DNA of 62,064 nt, filler included, from Rhabdomonas costata (lineage: Eukaryota), in NCBI GenBank assembly GCA_019059605.1. It is 24 parts of 24 records of this genome, joined end to end, with 100 filler letters (N's around TTAATTAATTAA, not from the genome) between each part and the next. Parts side by side here need not be neighbours in the genome. Positions count along the whole stretch, not along the records: positions 23,332 to 25,822 come from JAHMHO010003174.1; positions 25,923 to 28,413 come from JAHMHO010003175.1; positions 28,514 to 31,005 come from JAHMHO010003176.1; positions 31,106 to 33,595 come from JAHMHO010003177.1; positions 33,696 to 36,179 come from JAHMHO010003178.1; positions 36,280 to 38,769 come from JAHMHO010003179.1; 18 more parts are not named here. One strand, written 5' to 3'. The position numbers and the translations under genes were made by a program. Below, piece after piece: positions 23,410 through 38,390 of the stretch; the stretch's first letter is position 1, and each line of letters opens with the position of its first letter. The notes below the pieces were generated by a model. It had not been told where the DNA came from and did not search any database. It saw only the letters and a program-made list of their open reading frames with translations.

Positions 23410-25578
23410 CTGGTGATCTTTCCGGAGTGTTGGATGGTGTGCCCAACCACCATCCGGTCCACGGCAGCGCCCTCACTCTCCAAAGCGCGGAGAACGAAAT
23501 TTAGAGAGTCACATTCCCCTCGTTGTGCGGCGTGAATGGCTGCCCGGGTCCACTGAAGAAGAGAATAATGGTGCCCCACACATTTGGAAATCTCATGGAA
23601 CCGGTCAGCTAAAATCCTCCTTTTCAGGCAAAAGAAGACGTTTGGTCTTGATTCCGGGCCTGAAGTGCGGAGCGAGAAGGACGAGAAACCAAACGTAATT
23701 ATATTACATTACGTAAGAATTCGTGAACAAATGAGAGATAAAAACTGCAAAATAGGGGCAATTAGCGGGCAATTAGGGCATTTTTTCACATCACCAAAGT
23801 TCACTGAATAGTAAACCAACATTAATAGCACCACAAGTGAAAGAAAACAATTGCTTCCTGTGCAATGGTCACCACGCGGCTGAAAAACGGTGAGGCAGTG
23901 TGGGGCAGAAGTAGCTCGGAAAGAAGCAGGAAGGGAGATGTAGTTGCTGTGTTTCGTCTCTATTATTTGAAACAAGAAAAGCCCATAAAAAGATACTAAA
24001 TACAGTGCGCCGTACAAAGATGAAAGATGGAAGTGGAAATTCGGCAAGGGCGACGAGGGAAATGGGAGGCAGCAAAGCAGGTGGAAGGCAGAAGGAACTG
24101 CAAAAGAAAAACCTGCGGACCATTGTCCTGAAGAATGGGAGAGTTGTAGCGCTCTCTCTGGAGCTCCGTGCGCACCTAAGGAAGACCCCCCACCCCGTTA
24201 CCTCTCATTGATAGAGATGAATCAGCTTCTCGCCGATGGTTTAACCTGAGGTGTTACAATCAGGTAAACTTAACCTGACAGAGTAAAAACATCAGCGACG
24301 GATGGCAAAACATGTAACATCTGAACAGGAACTGGAACATCGCAGATGCAACAAGCTGTCTTCAGGATCCTTTTGGACCGCTGATGCACTCAACCCAAGT
24401 TACAAAGAAATTGGCCCTGCTAATCGAAATGCAGTGGCAAGCTGACTGCAAGCAGACCACAAACCGCAAAGAAAGACATCACGAACCCTCCCCCCCGCCA
24501 CAACTGCTTCGGCTATGGCAAACAAACACCAGATCGTTGATCCGCTGAGGAGAAATTCTCACCAGCTCCGGTGTAAGGCCGGCGTGAACAAACAGGGTGC
24601 GGTTGAGAATCACAAGGGAGTCCAGACCGCGGAGATAGCCAAAGGTCCCACTCTTCTGAAACGCCTGAAACCGAGCCGCTGCCCCACCAAACGAGCGCAG
24701 ATCGTCGGGGTGGACATATTTCAGGCGGCCTTTGAAGGCCATAACCTCGTGGTTGCCAAGCAGACGAACTATTCGGCCGCCAGACGCAAGCGCTTGCTGC
24801 TGCATCGCGGACAGCAGATTCAGCAGCTGGGAAAACGAATAGATTTGAGTGGAACACATTCCAAGATGTGGTGTAACAAAACAAACCCGTTAAACAAGAA
24901 CGATTCAGTATCTGAAAATATCTGAAAGATCAATTTGCGGCTGGGTCAATGGGCTTTGACTTCGGGGGTGGGTATTGAAAAGCATTGAAACTGATGGTTT
25001 CGTCCTGTTCACACATTGTTCCTTTTTGCTGTTTGACTCTGAACCTGTTAGGCGAAAAAGATGATTATCAACACAGAACTTGGTTTTCACGGGGTGGGCG
25101 GCTAGGTGCTGATTGCAGGCTAGTTAAAAATCCAGAGGCTGGAAATATTCCACAAAAACCGTGATTTGTAGCACGCCTTCAGGGTGTCAGGGCCACGATC
25201 CACCACGTCCCCGGTTTGCACTAAAGTGGCATCCCCACCAATCCACTGCCCTCCTTCTGTAGTCAGATTGCACAGCTGGAAAACACGAAGAGCGTTGTGA
25301 AGATCTCCGTGCAGGTCACCTGAAAAAACGACTGATGCAATGGAATCTCATAAAAGCCAATTTGCGTTCGATAGCACACCAACTCTGACGAGTTCTTGAC
25401 GCAAGAAAACCTCGATCACCAGCAATGAAGCTATTGACAAAATTAAAGAAATAAAACGCATCACACAACAACCAATGGCAAACAGACGGCCAGCTCTGGT
25501 AAAGTCGCCATAAATGACAATCAACACCACCAGAAGCCAAAGCGATGCCGAACTCCAGAATTCAGTAAAATGACTCAT
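23410..25578 (-). CDS. Shewanella-like (Shelph) metallophosphoesterase with N-terminal hydrophobic segment (exons 25578-25473, 25319-25177, 24826-24530, 24175-24113, 23552-23410; 3'-partial)
   Basis: Motifs AIGDLHGD, LVQTGDVVDRG, LLGNHE, LFVHAG, GPQWTR and MVVGHT all splice in frame. Intron 2 has a GC donor. Confidence 0.9.
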
Positions 25579-26289
25579 CTCTGCATCGTGGCTACCACGA
25601 TGAATCAACACGAAAACATAGAGCTAAGGGCAAATAGGGCGATAAAAGGAGCAATCCCTAAATGCACAATATGCGAGTAACAAAGTGCCCGTTCGAGTCT
25701 TAATGACATACTAAGCGCAAAAACGAAACAACAAATTATCATAACACTGCGGCACCACAGTTTGACACGATTGTTTTTTTTTAGCAAAAAAACGAGTCTT
25801 AGACCTTTGAGGCCAACCAACANNNNNNNNNNNNNNNNNNNNNNNNNNNNNNNNNNNNNNNNNNNNTTAATTAATTAANNNNNNNNNNNNNNNNNNNNNN
25901 NNNNNNNNNNNNNNNNNNNNNNGGGTGTGTTGGGGTTGGTTTGGGCTGCCCGGAGTTGGGAGTTGAGGGTGTTGCGTGCGTGGACGTGATCTACATTTTG
26001 GGGACTCCCTCCATTTGGGGATGCTGTAGCCCGTGCCCAGTTTGAAATCGTCGCCACTCGGTTGTTTCTTTTCGCAATTGGATTGTCCTTTGTCCTCCAC
26101 TATTCCCCCCCCCCCAATACACATACTCCTTCACACACTGATTTTCCATGACAGCCAGCTTCTTGTGCCTGTGTGCGCAATACGACTCGTGCACTCCTCT
26201 GCCGCAATGGCGTGATGTTCAATTTTTTTGGTTCAAAGACGAGCAACACGCAGGTGCTCAGAACTCCGCTGGCTCTCATCTTTGCACAG

Positions 26290-27723
26290 CGACGTCGAGG
26301 TCGTGGGACTGAAGCGCTTTCCGGATAAGTGCACCCCCTGCCCGGCTGGACAGTTCACGGATGCCCGCAGCCAGGCTCCCTGCAGGAAATGCCCTGCGAA
26401 CACTGCCGCCGCGACTCCAGGTATTACCCCCGAACCATTTTCCCTAAACTCCATGTTTCATTTAAGACCTTTCAGAATCATTACAAGGCCCCGCAGCAGT
26501 GCCTGGATTGCAGCCGCACTCGCTCGAATAGAGGTAATGCTGAAGTCATAAGTCATGCCGGGCCTTAAGACATAAATCCCTTCCCTTGCGATGTGAAGGG
26601 AGAATGCCACGATCCTGGTGGGGCGAGTTTTGGGGGAGTGGTATGCAGGGGTGGAAAATTTTATGTGGCCCACCTCAAAGGTAAGAGGTGACAGTTAAAA
26701 ATTAGCTGAAAAACAAGCACAACCGATGCAGTGGCATCCAGTTTTCTTTCACCCCCCCCCCGTAAGTCCGAAACGCCTGATATAGGTGCACGCACTTTTC
26801 TGAGTTGTGACACTTACCACACTCAGGCAGCACCGCTTGTGTCCCTTGCGGCCCAACGGAATGGGCCGCCCCGGGGAGTGCGGTGTGCCGCCCTCGCCCA
26901 GCCTGCGTCCCTGAGGATTTTCTGCCCATGTTTGGGCTGTGCAAGAGCACAGAGAAGCGCACCCGCAGCTACGTCAAGGCCAACCCACTGTGTCTGGGCG
27001 GCGAGTCTGCTCCCCCTCAGCAGGAGGTCAGCTCTGTCCTACGGGGGAGGTGGCGGGGGAGTTGATGAGTGCTGGACTTTGCAGTGGGGTCGAAGGGATC
27101 TTCCCAAGACAAAAGCGTCCTTGTTTTTCGCCTACAATTTCTCTTCATTGTCATTGTCAATTGTGAATAGAAGCATAATCGCTGCTTTTGAAGGGGAGGG
27201 GGATGCTATTTCACACATGCGTTTTCGAGCGAGTATGCTTTCCCGCTTGGAACCCCCGCGGTGCTTGTAATGGTCCTTGATATGTTGTGGCTCCTAACCG
27301 TGCAGCGGGGTCTGCAGTGACTTCGTCTTTGAATGTTAATTTCACTCAGGCATTGTCCAGTCTCCTCGAACACAAAGGACGCAGAAATGTGAACAGGTGA
27401 AAAAGCGTGGGTATATTTGTGTGAATCTGTGTGCGTCTGTGTTTAGTTATGACCTGAAATTGTCGGTGAGCAATCCAACGGTCGGACAATAGCAGAGGAG
27501 GGTAAGGCAGAGATGGTTATTTCAGTCACAAAAAAGTATGCTTTTGTCATTGTCACCATTATTTCCCTGCAGGTCCCGTGCTCTTCGTGCCCACCTGGGT
27601 CGTTTCGCAATGGCAGTGTGTGCGCCTTTTGCCCGGTGGGTACTGCATCTGTGGAAGCAGGGCAGACCACCTGCAAGCGGTGCGAATTGGGAACCGCGGC
27701 CATCCCAGCCTGGAACTACAGCG
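26290..27723 (+). CDS. Cys-rich TNFR/ephrin-receptor-like repeat protein, ELAPOR/KIAA1324 (UPF0577)-like (exons 26290-26420, 26827-27026, 27573-27723)
   Basis: CTPCPAGQF...CRKCPANT/GSTACVPC...CRPRPACVPEDF...C...CLGG/VPCSSCPPGSF...CAFCPVGT...CKRCELGT. GT-AG junctions are phase-compatible. Confidence 0.7.
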
Positions 27724-27930
27724 GTGCAGCCCACTCTGTGCTGTCCCTCATCGCCTCTATCGTCATTTTTATGTCACCAGTTCACAGTTTCTGGCACACC
27801 GTCCAGCACAAAAAAAAAAACAACCTCATCAAGGCGAGTCATCAAGGCGAGGGAAGGGAATAACAGAAGGACGGATGTGCATTTTTGTAACGGAATGGGG
27901 AGAAGTGGGAGAGGGGATTCCAGCAAGATT

Positions 27931-27975
27931 GCAACAACATCAACATCAACAACAGCAGCAACAACAGCAGCAACA
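27931..27975 (+). repeat. (CAA/CAG/CAT)n trinucleotide repeat
   Basis: CAACAACATCAACATCAACAACAGCAGCAACAACAGCAGCAACA is seen directly. Confidence 0.85.
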
Positions 27976-29941
27976 TAAATCGTTGCTGGCACACCGGCAG
28001 GTGGGCGGACGGTGTCCGCAGCCTACATTTCTTTCTCTTATCAATATGTTGGCCTGCTGAAGAGGCTGGATAGGCCCACCTGGTAGAACCCCCAGCGATA
28101 AGAGAACGAACTGTCAACAACAGCAACCACCACATCAACCAGTTGGTTTTGCACAGCAGCGCCGTCATTATTTTTGGCAGCAGCCGCTTCTCTCGCAGCA
28201 GCAGTATCATTAATAACCCTTCGGTTTCGCGAAGGTTAATAACAACACTGGCGAGCAGTCCTACCACAGCCAAACGATGTTCGGATCATTGTTGGTGACC
28301 AGAACGAAGCAGATGAAAGCACGGGTGACCTTTTTCAGTGGCATGGAATGAATTCGTGCCGGGCACACACACGCAAATGCATATCATTAGCCACTGTGCA
28401 GTCCAACACCCCCNNNNNNNNNNNNNNNNNNNNNNNNNNNNNNNNNNNNNNNNNNNNTTAATTAATTAANNNNNNNNNNNNNNNNNNNNNNNNNNNNNNN
28501 NNNNNNNNNNNNNGGCTGCTGTTCGCCTAAACCGCGGACTCTGGAACCTTGTTTGTTCGGGCATGTTCCTGAGTGTGGGTGTGTTTGGGGGTTGTTTTTC
28601 ATGCGGAAAGCAATGATTCTCTTAGAGAAGTCACTGCGTGGGAGCTATATCCAGCATCATGCATTCATCTTGAAAAAATCGGAATTCACGGCGCCACTGC
28701 AGGTCACACCGAAGGAAATTTCGAGGGTTGCCCACAGGCATTGCAGATGTGGAAAGGGTAGCAGGGGCTTCGCTCGTGTTCTGGATGTAGCAAAAGCCTG
28801 AAAACCGAATTATTTACACACTTGTAGGTGGCTGAATTTTCTTTCCCGCAAAACAGCGTTTTTCTATGTGATCACAGTGCTCCGAAGCTCCGAAGACTAA
28901 GGACTTTACGGCCAAAAGGGAACGCTGGGTTGCTGGGTGTACGTGTTGGGTGTCCCATGCTTTAGATCAAGTAGTTTGATCACGAAGGAAAGCCAAAACC
29001 AAATAACGTCCGTGGTTACACCACCAAGAGAAAAGGACGACCACACACCTCCCCTTGAGACAGGGAAGAGCTGTACAGGATGGGTCACAAAACGTTCACT
29101 CCATCACACCAGCAAGGAAAGAAAGAACTGAAATGCGCTTTGAAAGTCGCGTCCCATCCCTTTGCAGTGCAGGATTTTTTCTCTTTCGAGCGAGACAGCA
29201 CGTTGTATCACACAAAGGGCGATCAACTTGAGAACTCAGCAGGGGACACGCAAGAAGCTGTAGGACGTACTCTCAAACCACTCCCCTGAACTGAATCTTA
29301 ACCAACCCACGCCCACCTCACAACCCACAATGCACGCACCCGGACGCAGAGATGTGCGCGCCGCAGGGAAAGGCTCCCGCAACGCGGTGAATCGCCCATC
29401 TCCGCGACGGACAAAAGAGAGAAGAAACAAAAGGCAATGATGTGATCCCAGTTAACGCGCGATGAAAAGTATAGGACGCTGCTTCCACACAGCCCGCCAG
29501 AGATTTTTATTGTGACAATTTATGACAAGGGCCTCAAAATCCCTTCCAACTTCATATGCGCGTCTAAACCTTGAAGTGGTTTCACGATTAAGAGTAGTCA
29601 GAACAACCCACGGAGAAATCAGCAAAGCTAGATTATATGTTAAACCACCCTCTGTACTGGTCTGTCTCGGTCTATGTTAGGATAATGCAAATACTCTTCT
29701 CTTTTTGTCACATGTTTAATCTTTGTGAACCATGCGACGCGCTGGGCGACATATGGCTGGAGGCTGGGAGCTTAATTTTACCAGGAAAGTATTAGCCTGG
29801 CCACCACTTTTGGAGTAGCTGAGTAGCCCAACGTTACACTACTGTTTTGTATCTCAGTCCTCTTTTCAAGGGCGTCTGGGAAGGAAAATGTGGAACCGCG
29901 GTGTGGAAGTGCCTGGCAGAAGAAAACTGCAACTCCAGCCA

Positions 29942-30768
29942 TCAAAGGTCAAGGACGATGGACGCCGCAATGGCGGCCTGGTCCTGCAGCAGCACCTTGT
30001 GCAGGGCAACCTCCTGGCGGAGGCTCTCGAGCTTTTGCTCCGCGAGGTGCTTGCGGGCGGTGGCCTCGCGAATGGTCTGGTTGGCCTTCTGGATCTCCCA
30101 GACCAGGTTGCGCTCCTGAGCCTCGGCCTGCTGCATGATTCGCGCGTCCTGCAGCGCGATCTCATGCAAAAAGCGCCTGCAAAACGCGGGGTCATATCAA
30201 GCTGCCTGATGTGAGCTGAATGAGGGGACAGGGAGACTGTCTTGTAGGGAGCCAAATTTTCGAAAGCCAACCTCCCGCAAAAGACGCAAACGGAGCAAAA
30301 GAAGTATACAAGTTGTATATAGACTAGCAAAGGCAGCCAGGCCATTGTAATTATAGAAGGGCGTTGGTATCTTATCATATCAATATTTACAAATGCAGCT
30401 CTTCGACAGTGGTGGCACTACTACCCTCAGGCATGGTGCAAATAAACACAGCTTTTTGAGGGAGAGGAGACCGTTCAATACGTAAAGACCGTTCAATACA
30501 ACGACAACGCGGAGCACATAAAATGAGAAGCGTACCACCGATCTTGCGTGATTTACCCCAAACACCATTCAAAGAAAAGTACTCACCGGCGACGGTCTTC
30601 CGCGGGTCGATCTGCAGCGCCCTGCTGGGACTTCAGCTGCGGTTGTGCTACTTGGGGCTGTGCTGCTTGCTGCGGCATAGGTTGAGGTTGAGGCGGGGAA
30701 TGGGCGCAAGGGTGAGGTTGGTATTGGGCTGATTGTGCCTGCTGAGCATCGGCACGATGCTGAGAATA
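29942..30768 (-). CDS. C-terminal exons of a Gln/Pro-rich, coiled-coil hypothetical protein (30768-30587, 30176-29942)
   Basis: Phase-2 GT-AG intron. The terminal exon RFLHEIALQDAR...AEQKLESLRQEVAL...VLDL* has heptad character. Confidence 0.6.
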
Positions 30769-31429
30769 CTGAAGAAAGAAGAATATGTTGGATACAAACA
30801 AAAAAGACGAAAAGATCCTGTTCATTTCACCGGCTTTCGGTGAATTTCGCACGGTCAATTTTCACATGCACTTTCATGCACTTTCCTCTCCTTCTTCTCG
30901 TCCTGTCCACCTTTCCAATGCGAACAAAATTGAAAGACAACCCCACCCATGCGAGAAGGTTTTTTTTTTTACAAAATGAACAACAAAAAACACACACACC
31001 CAACANNNNNNNNNNNNNNNNNNNNNNNNNNNNNNNNNNNNNNNNNNNNTTAATTAATTAANNNNNNNNNNNNNNNNNNNNNNNNNNNNNNNNNNNNNNN
31101 NNNNNGGTTGTGTGCTTGAGGTGATCGTGTCATTGATATCCCGGTTTATGGGCTAATAGTGTGAGGTTTGCGTGTTTTGACTTCTGTAGTGCTGTGGTTA
31201 CCTGTGTGGTGTTGTGGTTAATCTAATTATCTGCGACAGCCAAAAGGCAAGGTAAACTCCAACCAACTTAACCACAGCAGTCACACTTCTGAGCAATCAT
31301 CATAACCTCGAAACCCTTGCCTCAGCGGCGTCAGAAAATTTAGAGTGAGCAAGAGTAGAGGTGCAGAATTCTGAAGACGTGGAAGCGAAACAAAAACCGA
31401 ATGCCGAACGCTGGTGTCTTCCTGCATTT

Positions 31430-32600
31430 CCACCACCTCTGTACATGTGAATCTCCTGGATCCAGCGCTGAGTAAATAGAGCTTGGCATGACAGACCGTT
31501 ACCAATATGTAGTTCACGTGCACGATTTGTGTAGCTGAGGAGTGTGCAGCGAATTTGATCTCCTTGGTAGGAAAGGACCTTGATTTGGGGACGAATAAGG
31601 CTGATATTCGGTGCATGGACAACGATTTGTATGGTCAAAAGAATAGTGCCAAAACTGAAGTCATGCGCAATTTCTTCTATGCTAGTCTTGTGTGGATACT
31701 TGCAGTGAGTTTATTGATGACGAGATTGACCTTCTAATGAGATATTAACATCCTAAATGCACAGACATGCATGCAAAGTATATGCAGAGTATGTAGCCAA
31801 TTTCCAACAGCGCGGTTGTGGTCATACCTGCGTGAATTAATAGGCAAGAGTGTTTTATCGAAATTCTTAGTATCATCCCTGGGTCACAGCGCTGAATACT
31901 TCGATCCTACTAACGCGTTGAAGCAAAAATGTACCCACACATGCCATTTATGAATGATAAAAATGACGATGCTTTCTAAAATGCTAAACAGTTTTCTCTT
32001 GCTTTTAAATGGATGTTTTGCTTCAAAATCCGTATTAAATAACCCAGTTGAAAAGGGAACTACTTTGCACCTTTTTATTCGCAGATTGTGGGTTCAGCGC
32101 GTTTTGCCTAAACTCGGGTAACTTGGAAGATGTGCGCTGTTGTCAAAATACTTGAGTTTTGAGTTTCGAGTGTGCTTCCGCAAAAAATGTGGACTCGCCA
32201 TTGCGGAGCATTGGCCTAAAAGGACTTTTCTGCTTACATTCATTTTAAGCAATTTGTTGCGTTGATGCAAGGCAGCTCAGGCAACCAATGGGCATGTGTA
32301 ACGGCAGAATTTTCTACCCCCACTCTTACTCGATTCAATATATGCAGCATCTGGAATGGAATCAATCGCTAAGAATACTTCACCAACGCTGCTGCTTCTC
32401 TTCCAGTTGTGCGTTTTTCGTAAAACTGGTGAAGCGGGACAAAGACAATGAAGCTTGACGTTTTGGTTCCGTGGCTTATACCGGAATACAGCGACAGTAT
32501 CTGCGGTCTTCTGCGCGACTGCGCGAGATCTCAAATCTACGATGACCAAATGATTTGAGAGAGTCTTCTCAAAAAAGTGTTTTCCTTTGATTACACTTCG
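31430..32600 (-). mobile_element. Possible decayed piggyBac-like transposase
   Basis: Frameshifted fragments in order: HLVIVD...YKP...KLHCLC, KYFDN, D...R...NW...L, and a C-terminal RCTL...TTYW...VCHAKL...EIH resembling the Cys-rich tail. The contig is AT-richer and intron-free, with many stops. Confidence 0.3.
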
Positions 32601-35600
32601 AAATCTTGGGCGCCTCTTCATTTCATTGCGACTACAAATCCTACTGATGGCAACATAGCTTGGATTCGCTACCTAATTCTGACATTCCACCTGACCTATG
32701 AATTCAAACTAACACTCATGTTTGTGTGATTGAATCATTGCCAGACTGTTTGGCAATGAAGACCTGGTAGATGATATTGTACCTATAAATCTATATGAAT
32801 CTCCAATTGGTTCACAAGCCAAAAAACAATGCTTACTTCAAGTCAACCACAGTGCGCGATATTCTGATAGACTTGTGTTTGTAGCCGCAAGCCGACACTG
32901 CAGGTGTCGGAAAGTGGCCTCTGAATCTCACCATGTTTGCACTTATGAGCTCTGTCTAGGAAGACGTGTTCATGGTGACGATTGAAAACTGAAATCCAAT
33001 CTGAGCAAATATCTTCAGCCCTCCATGCGGGAGTATATTTGAACCGAGGCTCTCTGAAAGCCGATGGACTTTCTGAACGCTACTGTTGTCGAAGTTGTGG
33101 TGGGTGAGTCTGAAAAGCTGCTTAATGTTCCTCATATTGTATGCATTATTCATTACTGCTACGACGAGAAGCCATCGTGGCTTGACGTGATAATATTATC
33201 TCAAGAACAGGTGACAGTTTCATCCCAAGATGTCAGCAATTACGTGCTGTCTCCAATCTGACTTATCGTCAAGGCTCCAAAACTTGGGCTTCACTCAGCA
33301 GAATCTATCAAAAACAACGATGTCTTCCATACCCGAAGCGAGAAATGCAATCCAGAGTTCCAATCACCAATCCAGAGACACCAATCCATTCCACCAACCC
33401 ACCAGTACCGTAAGAGAGCATGGCATCACAACACTAAACCGCAACAGCCTTGAAACAGAGACGCATACATCCTGATGCACAAACGCTAGGAGAGCATGGT
33501 TACAAACACTACATACCCAGCCATCAGACCCACATACTGACACCGTAACTCATCAGACCATCCAACCCTACGCTCAAATCCACGCACCACAAAACNNNNN
33601 NNNNNNNNNNNNNNNNNNNNNNNNNNNNNNNNNNNNNNNTTAATTAATTAANNNNNNNNNNNNNNNNNNNNNNNNNNNNNNNNNNNNNNNNNNNNCAAAA
33701 TAGCTCCATCCCGCGTCTGGGTGGGTGTCTTTTTTCCGGTGTGGCCTTTCTAAGGGATATTATCAATGGAACAGCAGGTGGGCGGGTCCTAGTTCATGAA
33801 GCTGGTGGCGCTTTTCTTTCATTACCACAGCGTCCCTTAACACGCAACGTCTCTTTGAGCACGCTTTGTTCGCGTACGGTGGTTCCCTCCCCAACCTTTC
33901 GTTCCCAGAAAACCGACCGCGCTGAAAAAATGTTAGAGCCATGTGGGAAAACGAAGACGACCGTGCCACAACCGGCGCCTCCGTTCAACAATTCTTTCAA
34001 AGGACCGTCTCTGCAGTCCCCGCCCGCGGCCGTTCTAATCCATGCGTATCTATGGCGCCCAGTCAGTTCCGCGCCGGCTGCTTCGCCTTCTGCTTGGCTT
34101 CGGGGAAGGGGCATGCTCCGATTCATAACGACTCCGCGCCGCCAGATGTGTGTTTGGGGAATTACCGTTGGGTCTGACCACGCGTCACCAGCTGCAGGGC
34201 CGAATCCGACAACGTTCCCGGATTTTGTTAGGCCAAATGGGATGGTAAGTCAAGCCACCAATGCCATCGCTCTGACTCAACCACAGTTCCGATAGTCGCC
34301 ACGCACAGCACAGCGTAAAAAATTACCTCACAAGGTCACAGAGCAGGGTGAACCGCCTTTGGCCTGTGCCGGTGTGTGTAGAATTGAATAAATTGTTCTC
34401 AGGGCATACGCAAAATAAAGGGGAGAATGCCCGCGACCTCCGACACCGAAACATTCGGCCAAATCTACTCTATCAACAGACAGGTCTCAGCTCCGCATAC
34501 CGAGCCTAATAAAGGCATTCATTGAGCGCATCCTTCTTCCCCTGATGCCGCAACGTCACCGGCGGGACTTACGCATCGCTGCGATGGAAAGCCACGCCAA
34601 GGGCATTGTGCCAGAAGGACCATTGCAGCCCATGCTGTTGTGGAGCGGGGAGCTTAAGGCTTGGACGCTCCGTCGTAGTAGGCGGGCAGCCGGGTGCCGG
34701 GCATCAGACATGCCTCAAACGGTCTTTGGTTGCCTACGTTCTCCGGGCGTAAGGCTCTCGGAACGGGGCGGCGTGCCGAGACGTTTGCCACAACGTTGTC
34801 CTTGGTGGCCAGCAGCTGGCAGGCTCGGCAGAGGGGGTGCGGCCGAGAAAGCATCTCCCGCCATGACCGTGATGACCTGCGATCGCAGGACATGAATACA
34901 GCTGCACACTGCCAACAGGTGTCAGAAAAATAATGACCTCAACGTTATTGAAATAATCAACCTGCACTTCGATTTGTCTAAATCAGCATTGCGCACCTGT
35001 GCACCTTATGCCGTTGATAAGATTGAGGGAAAAGCCTCAAACTCGCTTGTACCTGCTTTGTTGTTGGAATCTCAACGAACGATTTCTTAATATCTGTGCC
35101 AGCTGTGGTGCACCCAAAAATTCATCTGATACAGTTTCGGCTTTCTCTAAGCAGCTGGCTGAGCACAACATCACAGAGGCCGAATCAGGTTGAAAAAACG
35201 GAACGGAATGAATCGTATCCCGGAACAGAGAGACCAAAGAGGCATCTCTCTTTTTGCGGAGTGATGGCACCTCATGCTCACTGGAACACGCACTGATAGC
35301 AAACAGACCTGCTCCTCCACGCGAGGTAGTGGCTCACCAAATCAGGAGAGGAGGCCACACATCGAAGGTAGTGGGCGAGGGATTCTGGGGTGGCAAAGTC
35401 ATCTACCTGCAGCGGAGGTGGGGTTTTCTGTCAGGTACTGAGCGCAAAGGTGGACAGGTGGACGTACACGCATTTTGTGCGCGTGTGTCTGTCTACGTAT
35501 TTTGAATACTTTCTTTCGTCAAAGGCCTACACTAATTTCTTTGAAGTTCAGCCAAACGCCCGCTCAGCGAGGGACATGTTGCAACATGAAAGCTTCTTGT

Positions 35601-35891
35601 CGCCTTTGTGTCATTTTATTTGTCTGGTTCTCACCTTCTGTCCCTTTTGGTGCCCACATACACTAATTTTCCAATATGTGGGACGTGAGCAGATAAGCGG
35701 TGCGGCTGCGATTGTCGCGGCAGCCTCCAATCATGCAAGCAATCGCCAAACACCGCAATTCATAACTAACCTTACGTGAGTTAAGCGACTGAAAGCATAA
35801 TGGGAGGAAAAGAGATTGGGATAAAGAGAGAAAGAAGAGGGCTGCTGTCGATCCCATGCACACCCACAACCGGCAAAACACAGACATACAC

Positions 35892-35982
35892 CTTGATAAT
35901 GCTGCGCGGGGGCACGAAGTTCTCCACGTTGGGCGCTCCTTTGTAGACTGGGATTACACCAACCAGCAGCGGGTTGTACAAC
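35892..35982 (-). CDS. Exon of a GT10 (alpha-1,3-fucosyltransferase-like) glycosyltransferase
   Basis: AG/GT-bounded exon LYNPLLVGVIPVYKGAPNVENFVPPRSII matches the GT10 segment after the EK motif. Downstream fragments YLTENP and HYLAWR (about 35440-35310) fit the family. Confidence 0.6.
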
Positions 35983-36756
35983 CTGAACATCCACATCCAC
36001 ACTTTTAGACAGTTCTCAGCTCACGCAGTAGAGACACGGCGCGCACAATGAACAAATTCGTCGCCTCCGGAGGAAGGTGACAGTTGGGGTCTCAGCGCTC
36101 AGCTCATCACACTCCTTTAATTCCCTCACTTGAGTGACGTTACAGGGCACAGAGACCAGGGGTGGGAAAATTGGCAAGANNNNNNNNNNNNNNNNNNNNN
36201 NNNNNNNNNNNNNNNNNNNNNNNTTAATTAATTAANNNNNNNNNNNNNNNNNNNNNNNNNNNNNNNNNNNNNNNNNNNNCTTCTCTGTTCTGTTTCGTTC
36301 ATTGGACAATGACATTTGTTGTGCCGAAGGAACAATTGTTGTGCCGTTGAGCAGCTGTTTGCTGCTGTGTGATGTTATCGGACGTGGAGGGCTGTTCTGT
36401 GTGGCAACAGTTGTCCAAAAAAAGAGTCCGAAGACGTTGAGGGGACGGACGTAGCGAACATGTGTGGGAAGGATTGAAGGTAAATGGGTTGAGGGAACCT
36501 GACTCTTTCCACTCTGCTAACTGCACCTTGCAGATGGACAGACAGAAGGATTCGGCTCTATGTCAACTTCCTCAATACCACACTTGACCTCACTTCAGCA
36601 GGGGGAGGACCAGTGGCGGGGATGCAGGAGATGCAGTGCTTCCTAGAAGGAGTAAGGGGGCAGCAGAGAAAACGGCGAAACGAAGAATGAAGAAAACTCG
36701 GGAGGGCAACTTGTAGCAGATGAGAAAATGACGCAAAGCTTCCTGTTGCATTTCAG

Positions 36757-38390
<1,634 letters not shown>

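Noticed and set aside
24113..24127. Apparent 15-nt micro-exon (DNGPQ) in the phosphatase gene
   Set aside because: An upstream acceptor at 24176 gives a normal 63-nt in-frame exon that better fills the gap.
26793..26812. Partial resemblance to a euglenid spliced-leader sequence (ACTTTTCTGAGTTGT)
   Set aside because: The match is short, lies in an intron's 3' region, and has no SL donor or Sm-site context.
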